Assembly (NCBI GenBank): GCA_036270675.1
Contig: DATBCB010000440.1
Location: 1 to 55,873, forward strand
Direction: 5' to 3'
Origin: Acidobacteriaceae bacterium
GTDB lineage: Bacteria; Acidobacteriota; Terriglobia; Terriglobales; Acidobacteriaceae
DNA length: 55,873 nucleotides
A program made the position numbers and the translations under genes. Of this stretch, positions 31,808-41,268 are shown one piece after another (the stretch's first letter is position 1; each line of letters starts with the position of its first letter). The notes under the pieces were generated by a model. It saw only the letters and a list, made by a program, of their open reading frames with translations. It made no database searches and was not told the DNA's origin.

Positions 31808-33121
31808 TTATTTGTAATGCGTGGTCGCGCTGGACTCGGCCAGCTTCGCGCTCGCATTCGCATTCTGCACGCGTACCTCGCCATACTTCAGCGGAATCTC
31901 GGTCGCATTGTCGAAGTACACATCCGTTCCCGCATCCGCCGGATTTGGCATGGGCGATGCCTCGGCAAACGCACGCTCCTCTTCCATCAGCGTATCGACG
32001 TCGGCCTGAATCTTCTTCGCCTCCGCCGCCGTCAGCCAGCCGCGCTCGATTAGGTAGTGCTCCATGCGCAGAATCGGGTCACGCCGCTTCCAGTACTCCT
32101 TCACCTCGGGCGGCACGTAGGTTGCGGCATCGTGCATGGCGTGGCCCTTCATGCGCATCAGCTTCGCCTCAATGAACGAGGCGCCTTCGCCGCGATACGC
32201 GCGCTCAACCGCCTCGTGCGTCGCGTCGTACACCTGGTTCGCGTCCGTGCCGTCCACAATCACACCGGGCACGCCGTAGCCTAGCGAGCGGTCCGCCAGG
32301 TCCTTGCAGGCAAACTGCAGCTCCACTGGTGTCGAATACGCCCACAGATTGTGCTCGACAATCAACACCAGACCCAGCCGCTGCACCGCCGCGAAGTTGA
32401 AGCCCTCGTAGGTCGGCCCGGTCGACTGGCCGCCATCGCCGATATAGGCGAGGCAGGCAATGTTCTTGCCCTGGATGCGCGCGCCCAGAGCCACGCCGGC
32501 GCACACGCTGATCGAGTCGCCCAGGTGCGAGATGGGCGCAATCACATTCAGCTTCTTCGCATCGCCATAGTGCGAGCCGCTCTCGCGTCCGCGGGTTGGC
32601 GAGCCGCCCTTGGCCATGTACTGCATCATGGTGTCGCGCGGACGATAGCCCTTCACGATCATCGAGCCCTGGTTGCGGATCATCGGCCCCAGCCAGTCGT
32701 CCTTGTCCAGGGCATAGGCCGACGCCACGGAGGTGGCCTCCTGCCCCTGACTCAGATACAAGCCGCCGATCACCTTGCTCTGCTTGTACATCCGCTCGAG
32801 CGAATCTTCCATCTTCCGGTTGGTGATCATCAGCCGGTAGATATCGATCGACTGCTCGCGCGTCAGATACTTCGAAGGACGCAACGGCGGAGCCGGAGCG
32901 GTGGTATCGCCCACGACCTTGTAATGGTAGTTGCCGTTCTTCCACTCGCCTTCAATGTGGAACGGCAGCTGTTCCAGCCGGTAGTCGGGGATGCCGTGCG
33001 GATTTTTAGTTGGGGGTTTCTGCTGGAGGGATGTGCTGCTTCCGTTGGAACCCTTCGGCGTCCCATTCGCGGAGGCAGACGGCCCCCCCGCGTCCTTCAC
33101 TTCTATTTTTCTACTCGCCAT
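31808..33121 (-). CDS. 2-oxoacid dehydrogenase E1 alpha subunit (TPP-dependent) with N-terminal extension
   Basis: SQGQEA, TPP motif GDGG...N, DGTD and RMKGH. Confidence 0.93.
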   Translation of the reverse strand: MASRKIEVKDAGGPSASANGTPKGSNGSSTSLQQKPPTKNPHGIPDYRLEQLPFHIEGEWKNGNYHYKVVGDTTAPAPPLRPSKYLTREQSIDIYRLMITNRKMEDSLERMYKQSKVIGGLYLSQGQEATSVASAYALDKDDWLGPMIRNQGSMIVKGYRPRDTMMQYMAKGGSPTRGRESGSHYGDAKKLNVIAPISHLGDSISVCAGVALGARIQGKNIACLAYIGDGGQSTGPTYEGFNFAAVQRLGLVLIVEHNLWAYSTPVELQFACKDLADRSLGYGVPGVIVDGTDANQVYDATHEAVERAYRGEGASFIEAKLMRMKGHAMHDAATYVPPEVKEYWKRRDPILRMEHYLIERGWLTAAEAKKIQADVDTLMEEERAFAEASPMPNPADAGTDVYFDNATEIPLKYGEVRVQNANASAKLAESSATTHYK

Positions 33122-33161
33122 CGACAGCGATCCTAGTCGGTCAGTACCGAACTGGTCATTT

Positions 33162-33277
33162 TAAAGCATTTTTCCTGTTGCTGTTCGCCGCAGAGATTCC
33201 TGCGAAGTGGCCATTCGTAACGGAAAGGCTACGTAGACCGGCGGTCAAGCACCTGAATCGACAGGAAAAACGCTCCA
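33162..33277. mobile_element. ~116-bp MITE/CIR-like element, copy 3
   Basis: TAAAGCATTTTTCCTGT ... ACAGGAAAAACGCTCCA; degenerate core GTGGCCATTCGTAACGGAAAGGCTAC. Confidence 0.75.
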
Positions 33278-33346
33278 TGCCAAAAGCGACGTTGAGGCAC
33301 TCCGGTGCATGCGAACGCTATCTACAACTCTTGTTCGCAGCGTGAA

Positions 33347-34114
33347 TCACGCCTGCAGCGGCAAGAGTTCGGCGAGCGCCGGCGACAGATCACCGAGCGA
33401 TTCCAGCCACAGCATCTGTGCATGAAAAACATGCCCAAACTGCCGCGCGACCCGCTCCGCAGCGGTTTTCAGGGTCAAATCGGTTTCTGGATTGGGACTG
33501 GGACTCTCCAACTCCAGGCTGGTCACGCCGCGGTCGCTGATGCCGCAGGGCACAATCCACGCAAAATCCTTCAGATCGGTGGTTACATTCAGGGCGAATC
33601 CGTGCGAGGTCACCCCGGCCGAAACATGAATGCCGATCGCCGCGATCTTCCGCTCCTCAATCGTGCCGTGGGGCTGCGTCCACACCCCGGTCCGTCCCGG
33701 CACGCGCGTTGCCAGTACGCCGTAGTCGGCCATCGTGCGGATCAGCGCCTCCTCCATCTGCCGGACAAAGTCCACCGGCCCCAGCCGCTTGCCCACTGCG
33801 CGCAGCGGCCCTCTCAGATCAAAAATCGGATACCCCACCAGCTGCCCCGGCCCGTGATAGGTCACGTCGCCGCCGCGATTGGTTTCGACCACCTCCACGC
33901 CACGCGCCGCGAGCGCCTCCTCCGTCAGCAGAAGGTTCTCGCGGCCGCCATCTTTTCGACCCATGGCCCGCCCCAGCGTCAGCACCGGCGGATGCTCCAG
34001 CATCACCAGCACGTCGCCGATGACACCCGCCTTGCGCAGCTCCACCAGCTGCGCCTGCAGCTCCAGCCCCGCGACATACGCAACTCTTCCGAGATACACA
34101 ACCGACAACACCAT
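33347..34114 (-). CDS. lipB: Lipoyl(octanoyl) transferase
   Basis: EHPPVLTLG, RGGDVTYHGPGQLVGYPI, KIAAIG, HGFALNV and VPCG. Confidence 0.96.
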   Translation of the reverse strand: MVLSVVYLGRVAYVAGLELQAQLVELRKAGVIGDVLVMLEHPPVLTLGRAMGRKDGGRENLLLTEEALAARGVEVVETNRGGDVTYHGPGQLVGYPIFDLRGPLRAVGKRLGPVDFVRQMEEALIRTMADYGVLATRVPGRTGVWTQPHGTIEERKIAAIGIHVSAGVTSHGFALNVTTDLKDFAWIVPCGISDRGVTSLELESPSPNPETDLTLKTAAERVARQFGHVFHAQMLWLESLGDLSPALAELLPLQA

Positions 34115-34120
34115 GCCAGC

Positions 34121-34236
34121 TAGTCCACTTTCACAAGGCCTGTGGCCCTCAAGGAACCTCAACGCAGCTTCCGTCAAGAAAAAAGCTGCTCTTCGCGGTA
34201 GTTCGACCGGATCACAATTTTTGTGAAAACCGACTA
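34121..34236. mobile_element. 116-bp MITE/CIR-like element, copy 4 (core inverted)
   Basis: TAGTCCACTTTCACAA ... TTGTGAAAACCGACTA (13/16); core GCAGCTTCCGTCAAGAAAAAAGCTGC. Confidence 0.7.
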
Positions 34237-34340
34237 ACCGAAGGTACGGCTCCCTACATCCATTCTGTCACCGGCCCGCTGTCCGTTGCGCCGCACCCAG
34301 CAGTCGAAGAGACGCACCAACCTTTCAAGAGAGGCTCCCC

Positions 34341-34886
34341 ATGACCCGTCTCACAAGGTACGGACACTTCAGCCATCTGCACACGCTCGCTCTTTTGCTC
34401 TTCGCCAGCTTTGCCATCATCGCCGCCGCAAACGCACAGACCGGCCTCTATATCGAGTTCGGCGGCTCCAAGGTTGATGCGCCCAGCAACGACTGGATCT
34501 ACGGGCCTACGTTCGGCGTCTACCACGACTTCGTTTCCGTGCCGCTCGTCCACCTGGGCGCAGACCTCCGCGGCTCCGTTCTCGGTATCTCGCAGACCAC
34601 GACTCTCACCAGCGGCCTGCTTGGTCCGCGCCTTTCTGTCCATCCGCATGTGCTGCCCGTCATGCCGTATCTGGAAGCTCTCGGCGGCATCGGCCACTAC
34701 GATTACGGTGCCGGCCAGGGCAGCAACACGCAATTCGAATACCAGTTCCTCGCCGGCATCGACTTCACCCTGGTTCCCCGCCTCGACTGGCGCGTCGTCG
34801 AGTTCTCCTACGGCGGGCTCAGCACCATCAACGGAACCCTGAATCCCAGGACGCTCAGCACCGGCCTCGTTCTCCGCCTGCCCTGA
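34341..34886 (+). CDS. Small outer-membrane beta-barrel protein (paralogue 1)
   Basis: Signal peptide ending ANA-Q; alternating beta strands; LDWRVVEFSYG...LSTGLVLRLP. Confidence 0.8.
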   Translation: MTRLTRYGHFSHLHTLALLLFASFAIIAAANAQTGLYIEFGGSKVDAPSNDWIYGPTFGVYHDFVSVPLVHLGADLRGSVLGISQTTTLTSGLLGPRLSVHPHVLPVMPYLEALGGIGHYDYGAGQGSNTQFEYQFLAGIDFTLVPRLDWRVVEFSYGGLSTINGTLNPRTLSTGLVLRLP

Positions 34887-34940
34887 CGGCCGCCATCCTT
34901 CGGCAGAGCGCGAAGTACAATCGGGATTGACCACGACTGC

Positions 34941-35054
34941 CAGAGCATTTTCGGTATCGGTCTAGACGGTCCAGCGGCCGCTCTCGCGGCTTTTCTTAGG
35001 GAAAAGCCGAACAGAGTGCATCTCCGCAGGCAAAAGTATTACCGAAATGCTCCA
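34941..35054. mobile_element. ~114-bp MITE/CIR-like element, copy 5
   Basis: CAGAGCATTTTCGGTA ... TACCGAAATGCTCCA; core GCGGCTTTTCTTAGGGAAAAGCCG. Confidence 0.72.
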
Positions 35055-35095
35055 GCAAGCGGTCAACGCCCTTTTGAGTAGAGGCTTTTTCCTGA

Positions 35096-35656
35096 ATGAA
35101 TTCATCTGTGACCCGTCGTCCCCGCATTCTTTTCGTTCTTTTTGCCCTGCTCCTTTTTGCATCCGGCACTTCTGCAGCCCACGCACAGACTGCCATCTAC
35201 GGCCAGTTCAGCGCCTCGCGCTTCAATACGAATCTCAAGGTCAATACGACCAACGTCAATGACTGGGGCTACGGCGGCGGATTCGGCCTCTACTCCGACT
35301 TCTACAAGGTCCCGTTCGCTCGAGTCGGCGGCGATATCCGGGTCCAGTTCGTGCGTCCGGCCAGCAACACCACGCTCACCAGTGTCCTCCTCGGGCCGCG
35401 CATCGCTATCCACCCAAAGGTCGTGCCCTTGAACCCCTACGCCGAATTCCTCTTCGGCCCCGGCCACTTCAGCTACGGCAACAACGCGCCCAGCACCACC
35501 CAGTTCGACTGGCGCGTCCTCGGCGGCGTCGACAAGACGCTGTTCCCGCATCTGGATTGGCGGGTCATCGAAGTGTCCTACGGCCAACTCAACACCTTCT
35601 CTGGCCAGTTGAAGCCAGTCACCCTCAGCACCGGCATCGTCCTGCGCTTCCACTGA
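35096..35656 (+). CDS. Small outer-membrane beta-barrel protein (paralogue 2)
   Basis: Signal peptide ending AHA-Q; LDWRVIEVSYG...LSTGIVLRFH; colinear with paralogue 1. Confidence 0.8.
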   Translation: MNSSVTRRPRILFVLFALLLFASGTSAAHAQTAIYGQFSASRFNTNLKVNTTNVNDWGYGGGFGLYSDFYKVPFARVGGDIRVQFVRPASNTTLTSVLLGPRIAIHPKVVPLNPYAEFLFGPGHFSYGNNAPSTTQFDWRVLGGVDKTLFPHLDWRVIEVSYGQLNTFSGQLKPVTLSTGIVLRFH

Positions 35657-35676
35657 CGCGATCGCCAAGGGGCGTC

Positions 35677-36357
35677 ATGTTCATCGGCCATTTCGCGGTC
35701 GGATTTGCCGGCAAAAGGTTTGCCCCTCGCACCAACCTGGCGCTGCTTATCGCAGCGGCGTTGTTCTCCGACATGCTGTGGCCTATCTTCCTGCTGCTCG
35801 GCTGGGAGAAAGTTCGCATCGATCCCGGCAACACGCGCTTCACTCCGCTCGATCTCGTCTGGTTTCCCTGGTCCCATAGCCTGCTCATGACGCTCGTGTG
35901 GGCGACCGCCTTTGCGCTCATCTACTACGCCTTTGCGCGCTACCGCGCCGGCGCCTGCGTCATCTGGATCGCCGTCCTCAGCCACTGGATTCTCGACTGG
36001 ATCACCCACCGGCCAGACATGCCGCTCTACCCCGGGAGCGCGTGTTACGGCCTCGGCTTATGGAATTCCATCCCCGGAACGCTGGTCGTGGAACTGTCGA
36101 TGTTCGCGGCCGGTCTGTGGCTCTACATGCGCACAACTCGCCCAAGGGACCGCATCGGCCGCTACGCCTTCTTCGCCTTCGCCGCGCTACTGTTGCTCCT
36201 CTATGTAGGCGATCGCTTCAGTTCCCCGCCCAGCGGAACAGGTGACATTGCATGGCCCGGCCTCATCGCCGAAGGGATTCTGCTCCCATGGGCCTGGTGG
36301 TTCGATCACCACCGCGCGCTGCGAATTGGAGAGCAGAAGATCGCAACGCCCGCCTAG
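35677..36357 (+). CDS. Membrane-bound metal-dependent hydrolase (YdjM-like)
   Basis: MFIGHFA, SD, WSHSL and SHWILDWITH; several TM helices. Confidence 0.8.
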   Translation: MFIGHFAVGFAGKRFAPRTNLALLIAAALFSDMLWPIFLLLGWEKVRIDPGNTRFTPLDLVWFPWSHSLLMTLVWATAFALIYYAFARYRAGACVIWIAVLSHWILDWITHRPDMPLYPGSACYGLGLWNSIPGTLVVELSMFAAGLWLYMRTTRPRDRIGRYAFFAFAALLLLLYVGDRFSSPPSGTGDIAWPGLIAEGILLPWAWWFDHHRALRIGEQKIATPA

Positions 36358-36393
36358 CAGCAGCCCGACAGCCACATCCTTACCGTCACCAGC

Positions 36394-36513
36394 ATGGGCC
36401 GCCGTGAGATGCAGATCGGCCGTCCCTGCGGAATCTACCGCAACGGTCCCGACAGCTTTCTCGTCACCGACGACATCCAGGGCACCATCTACGCGATCTA
36501 TCCCGTGTCGTGA
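36394..36513 (+). pseudogene. 39-codon remnant resembling the last blade of a sorbosone/aldose-dehydrogenase-type beta-propeller
   Basis: MGRREMQIGRPCGIYRNGPDSFLVTDDIQGTIYAIYPVS*, compare the GRPxG...DxxLxxDDxxGxIYxI C-terminal motif. Confidence 0.5.
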
Positions 36514-36564
36514 CCGCGACGAACATTGGACATTCCCGAACCAAGATGCAATAAAGGACGCGTC

Positions 36565-36679
36565 TATACCGTTTTCACAAATCGCGTGTCCGGCCAGCAG
36601 CAGCGCAGAGCAGCTTTTCTTGACCGAAAAGCTGCGTCAAGTATTGTCCCGGCGAATACGTTATTGTGAAAACGGTCCA
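36565..36679. mobile_element. ~115-bp MITE/CIR-like element, copy 6
   Basis: Perfect 13-bp arms ACCGTTTTCACAA / TTGTGAAAACGGT; core GCAGCTTTTCTTGACCGAAAAGCTGC. Confidence 0.75.
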
Positions 36680-36698
36680 CCAACTCAACGGAGAAACC

Positions 36699-37646
36699 AT
36701 GCGCCGACGCGACTTTCTCTCCTCCGCCGCAGCCGCCGCTGCTCTGCTCCCAACGGCCGCATTCGCCGAAACGTTCGCGCCCCCTCCGCAAAACACCGCC
36801 GCAAACGATCCGCACGCGATGCCGCTCGGCCTGCTCATCTCACCCGCCGAAGGTCCCGAAGAAACCATCCGTCGTGTGCACGATCTCGGCCTGCCCACCT
36901 GCTTCTTCTCGCTCGACGCCTATATCGGTAAGTTCACCCCGGCGCTCGCCACCCAATTCAAGGGGCTGCTCGCGAAGTACAACGTCACCTGCACCACCGT
37001 TGAAGTCGTCGGCCCGCCGCCGCTGGTGTGGGATTTCATGCAGGGCCCATCCACCATTGGCCTGGTCCCGCGCTCCACCCGCGCTGCGCGCATCGACGCG
37101 CTCAAGCAGGCATCCGACTTCGCCAAGCTCCTCGGTGTGTCGCAGGTGCAGACGCACTGCGGCTTCATCCCGGAAAATCCCGACGATACTCTCTATAAGG
37201 AAACCGTCGCCGCCATCCGCGAAGTCGCCCAACACTGCGCGAAAAACGATCAACGCTTCCTCATGGAGACCGGCCAGGAGACCCCCACTACCATGTCGCG
37301 TGCCATCCGGGACGTCGCCCTGCCCAACCTTGGCGTCGGCCTCGACACCGCCAACCTCATCCTCTATGGCAAGGCCAATCCTGTCGACGCCGTCGCCATC
37401 CTCGGCCCGCACGTCCACGCCGTCCACGCCAAAGACGGCCGCTGGCCCACCGACCCTGACAAACTCGGCGAAGAGGTTCTCATCGGCACCGGCCTCGTCG
37501 ACTTCCAGAAAGTCTTCGCAGGCCTGCGCAAAGCGGGCTACACCGGCGCCATCACCATCGAGCGAGAAACCCACGGCCCGCAACAGATCGAAGATGTCCG
37601 CCACGAAAAACAGTACCTGGAAAAAGTGCTCGCACAAGTTACATAA
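36699..37646 (+). CDS. Tat-exported sugar phosphate isomerase/epimerase (xylose isomerase-like TIM barrel)
   Basis: Tat signal MRRRDFL; metal ligands METGQE, LDTAN, VHAKD and ITIERE. Confidence 0.9.
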   Translation: MRRRDFLSSAAAAAALLPTAAFAETFAPPPQNTAANDPHAMPLGLLISPAEGPEETIRRVHDLGLPTCFFSLDAYIGKFTPALATQFKGLLAKYNVTCTTVEVVGPPPLVWDFMQGPSTIGLVPRSTRAARIDALKQASDFAKLLGVSQVQTHCGFIPENPDDTLYKETVAAIREVAQHCAKNDQRFLMETGQETPTTMSRAIRDVALPNLGVGLDTANLILYGKANPVDAVAILGPHVHAVHAKDGRWPTDPDKLGEEVLIGTGLVDFQKVFAGLRKAGYTGAITIERETHGPQQIEDVRHEKQYLEKVLAQVT

Positions 37647-37676
37647 CCAGCATGCGACGCAAACACTCTTTTACAC

Positions 37677-37714
37677 CGTCGACCGAAGCAAAGCGAAGTG
37701 GAGGGATCTGCTGT
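37677..37714 (+). repeat. Partial REP-like unit (TCGACCGAAGC..GCGAAGTGGAGGGATCTGC)
   Basis: Reverse-complement similarity to GCAGATCCCT...CTTCGCTTCG at 19060-19112. Confidence 0.5.
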
Positions 37715-37747
37715 CAGCCAGCATCAGTAAAGGAAAGACAATCAATC

Positions 37748-39022
37748 ATGGACAGACGCGACTTCATCAAGACCACCGCAGCAGCCTCCGGCCTCCTCAT
37801 CGTCAAGCCGTCTACTGCTTTTGGATACCAGGCCAACTCCGCCGTGCGTCTCGGCCTGCTCGGCTGTGGCAATCGCGGTACCGCCGTCGCCACTTCGTTC
37901 GTAAAGAACACCCCCGCGCACCTGGTCGCGCTCGCGGACATCTTCCCCGACAAGCTCGCCCTGGGCAAACAACACTTCGACGAGCTCAACGCCTCGGTCA
38001 GCAAGCCGGTCATCGACCCGCAACTCACCTTCCGTGGCTACCGCGCCTTCGAAGAGCTCGCCAACTCGAAAGACATCGACGCGATCCAGATCTCCACGCC
38101 GCCATTCTTCCACGTCCAGCACCTTGAAGCCGCAGTCGCCGGCGGCAAGCACGCCTACTGCGAAAAGCCCGTGGGCGTCGATGTCCCGCAGACGCGCAAA
38201 GCGCTCGAGATCGCGAAGCGCGTGCAAGGAAAAGCCAGCGTCGATGTCGGTTTCCAGATTCGCAGCGCGCCGCCGTTCGTCGAAATCGTGCGCCGTATCC
38301 ACTCCGGCGCGCTCGGCAAACTCGCCAGCATCGCCGCCTACTACAACGCGCCCGCATCGGTGGACCACGCCGCACCTGGCATGTCCCCGGATGAGACGCG
38401 CCTGCGCAACTGGCTCTGGGACCGCACTCTCTCCGGCGACATCCTGCTCGAACAGAACATCCACGTCATCGACATCTGCAACTGGGTCCTCGGTACACAT
38501 CCCGTCAAGGCCTTCGCCACCGGCGGCCGCAACGTCCTTACCCACGCCGGCAACATCTGGGACAACTATCAGGTCGACTTCACCTACCCCGACAACGTGC
38601 ACGTCAGCTTTTCATCCACGCAGTTTGGCGACTTCGGCTTCGACGTCTCGGAGCGCGTCTACGGCGCCGACGGCCTCGCCGAGATGCCCTACTCCGGCCC
38701 CCTCCGCATCGTTGGCAAAAATGCCTGGACCTGGGTCGATCCCGAAGGCACGCCACAGCAATCCGCTGAGCCCGCCCGCTTCGCCGCCAACGGCGCCTTC
38801 ACGGACAATCTCATCTACGCCGATCGCGATAAGGATCGCGGCTTTATCGACAGCATCACCAGCGGTCAGTTCCACAACCAGATCGCCGCCGGCGTGGAAA
38901 GCGCGTTGGCCTGCATGCTCGGCCGCAAAGCCGCCTATTCCGGCCGCGAAACCACCTGGGACGAGTTGCAGAAGGACCACGAAGCTTGGGAGTTAGGCAT
39001 CGACCTGAAGCAGTTCAGCTAA
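37748..39022 (+). CDS. Tat-exported Gfo/Idh/MocA oxidoreductase
   Basis: MDRRDFIK, GCGNRG, YCEKP and EQNIHVID. Confidence 0.92.
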   Translation: MDRRDFIKTTAAASGLLIVKPSTAFGYQANSAVRLGLLGCGNRGTAVATSFVKNTPAHLVALADIFPDKLALGKQHFDELNASVSKPVIDPQLTFRGYRAFEELANSKDIDAIQISTPPFFHVQHLEAAVAGGKHAYCEKPVGVDVPQTRKALEIAKRVQGKASVDVGFQIRSAPPFVEIVRRIHSGALGKLASIAAYYNAPASVDHAAPGMSPDETRLRNWLWDRTLSGDILLEQNIHVIDICNWVLGTHPVKAFATGGRNVLTHAGNIWDNYQVDFTYPDNVHVSFSSTQFGDFGFDVSERVYGADGLAEMPYSGPLRIVGKNAWTWVDPEGTPQQSAEPARFAANGAFTDNLIYADRDKDRGFIDSITSGQFHNQIAAGVESALACMLGRKAAYSGRETTWDELQKDHEAWELGIDLKQFS

Positions 39023-39134
39023 ATTCGAAGTTCGGCTGCACCTCGTTTCTCTGTCATCCCGGCCGAGCCGCATAGATACACACGAGTGTGATCTAATCGG
39101 TGGCGCTAGCGACCCATTTCAAAGGAGCCCACAC

Positions 39135-39959
39135 ATGCCAGCCATCACAACCAAGGACGGCGTCGAGATCTTCTACAAGGACTAGGGCTCCGGCCAGCCG
39201 ATCGTGTTTAGCCATGGCTGGCCACTGTCGGCCGATGATTGGGACGCGCAGTTGCTCTTCTTCATGCAACATGGCTATCGCGTTATCGCCCATGACCGCC
39301 GCGGCCATGGCCGCTCGACGCAGACCGGCGACGGCCACGATATGGACCACTACGCCGACGACCTGGCCGCTCTTACCGAGCACTTGAATCTGAAGAACGC
39401 CATCCATGTCGGCCATTCCACCGGCGGCGGCGAGGTGACGCGCTATCTGGCACGGCGTGGCGAAAGCGGAGTCGCCAAGGCAGCGCTGATCAGTGCGGTG
39501 CCTCCGCTCATGGTCAAAACACCGGCCAATCCGCAAGGTCTTCCCAAGTCAGTGTTTGATGACCTGCAGGCGCAACTCGCCGCCAATCGTTCGCAGTTCT
39601 ATCGCGACCTGCCGAGTGCACCTTTCTACGGTTACAACCGGCCAGGCGCGAAGGCCTCTGAAGCCGTCATCGCAAATTGGTGGCGCCAGGGGATGATGGG
39701 CGGGGCAAAGGCGCACTATGACGGAATCGTGGCCTTTTCCCAGACCGACTTCACAGAAGACCTCAAGAAGATCACCATTCCGGTCTTGGTCATGCATAGC
39801 GAGGATGACCAGATCGTGCCTTATGTCGCCGCCGGGCCGCTCTCCGCGAAACTGCTAAAGAACGGAACCCTGAAAACCTACAAAAACTTCCCCCACGGCA
39901 TGCCCACTACGGAAGCGGCTACGATCAACGCCGACCTTCTGGCGTTCCTCAAAAGCTAA
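39135..39959 (+). pseudogene. Non-heme chloroperoxidase/arylesterase (alpha/beta hydrolase) with an in-frame TAG at codon 17
   Basis: RBS AAAGGAG; [29 protein letters not shown], where the family has YKDWG; [15 protein letters not shown] and PHG intact. Confidence 0.9.
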
Positions 39960-40138
39960 CCAGCAATGAAGCCGCGGTCCCGACGCGCTGCCTATTGCAG
40001 CCGCGAAGGCAACGCAGACCACGAAACACGGGCCACTTTTCGCCAACCGCCCCCCCCGCTGCACCATCAATTGAACAAGCATCATTCCTCCCCGCCACGC
40101 AGTCCCAACCACAGCACCCGACATAGGAGAAGACCCCG

Positions 40139-41080
40139 ATGCCACTGCCCACCGACGAAAAACTCCTCGCCCTCAGCGAAAACATACTCAAGCAATTCGA
40201 TACCATCTTCGGTCTCAACCCAGGCTTCCGTCCCGTACATGCCAAGGGCATCCTGCTCAGCGGCAGCTTCACGCCCGCCAAATCAGCGGCAGAACTCACC
40301 CGCGCCCCGCACATCACGCGGCCATCCACGCCCGTCTTCGTCCGCTTCTCCGACTCCACCGGCGTCCCGCTCATTCCGGACACCGATCCCAACGCCAGCC
40401 CGCGCGGCATTGCCATCCGTTTCCAGCTCGCCGAGCACGTCCACACCGACATCGTTGCTCACTCCACCAACGGCTTTCCCACCCATACCGGCGACGAGTT
40501 CCTCGAATTTCTCCGCGCCCTTGCATCGAGCGATCCGGCAAACCTCAAGGGTTCGCCGCTCGAAGCCTTCCTCGGCTCGCATCCCGCCGCGCTGGCGTTC
40601 GTACAGGCGCCCAAGCCCAATCCTTCCAGCTTCGCCCGTGAAAGCTACTTCGGCGTCGCCGCTATGCGCTTCACCAACCAGCAGGGAAAAAGTCGCTACG
40701 GCCGTTACAGAATTCTTCCTGCTGCCGGCAACGATCACCTCGACGACGCTGCCGCCAAAGCGAAATCGCCCAACTACCTCTTCGATGAGCTTTCCCAGCG
40801 CGTCGCCGCCGGCCCCATAAGCTTCCGCATCGTCGTCCAGATTGCAGAAGATGGCGACACCGTCGACAACGCCACCATCCACTGGCCAGAAACACGCCCG
40901 CTGCAGGACTTCGGCACCCTCGCCCTCACTTCCATCGTGCCTGACAACGCCGCCGAGCAGAAGCAGATCATCTTCGATCCCATCCCCCGTCTCGATGGCA
41001 TCGAACCCTCGGACGACCCGCTGCTCGAACTTCGCGCCGCCATCTACTTGATAAGCGGCCGCCGCCGGCGCTCCGCATAA
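40139..41080 (+). CDS. Catalase-related heme peroxidase (SrpA-like)
   Basis: RPVHAKG, VRFS, FDP, DDPLLELRAAIY. Confidence 0.9.
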   Translation: MPLPTDEKLLALSENILKQFDTIFGLNPGFRPVHAKGILLSGSFTPAKSAAELTRAPHITRPSTPVFVRFSDSTGVPLIPDTDPNASPRGIAIRFQLAEHVHTDIVAHSTNGFPTHTGDEFLEFLRALASSDPANLKGSPLEAFLGSHPAALAFVQAPKPNPSSFARESYFGVAAMRFTNQQGKSRYGRYRILPAAGNDHLDDAAAKAKSPNYLFDELSQRVAAGPISFRIVVQIAEDGDTVDNATIHWPETRPLQDFGTLALTSIVPDNAAEQKQIIFDPIPRLDGIEPSDDPLLELRAAIYLISGRRRRSA

Positions 41081-41099
41081 CTCGCGTTACCAATATCCC

Positions 41100-41132
41100 G
41101 GTGCCCCACATCTCGCGTTTGGAGATGTGGGA
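41100..41132. repeat. REP hairpin GGTGCCCCACATCTC-GCGTTTG-GAGATGTGGG
   Basis: 10-bp perfect stem; related to GTGGGGCACC at ~19029. Confidence 0.7.
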
Positions 41133-41268
41133 TCCAGGGCAACTCCGTCGTGAGCTGTAGTTCTCTGTGGTTATCTGAAGTTGCCTGCAGTTGTCTTATG
41201 GCTGCTTGGCTGCACGGCACATCCCCATCCCCCAAAACCTCATCTCTCCCTGTGAGACTGGAGGCACC

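Noticed and set aside
36355-39185. Amber (TAG) recoding or pyrrolysine, suggested by two TAGs followed by in-frame coding-like sequence
   Set aside because: Conserved genes such as lpxC and hemB end at TAG at their expected C-termini, no pyl genes are present, and TGG-to-TAG is a single transition.
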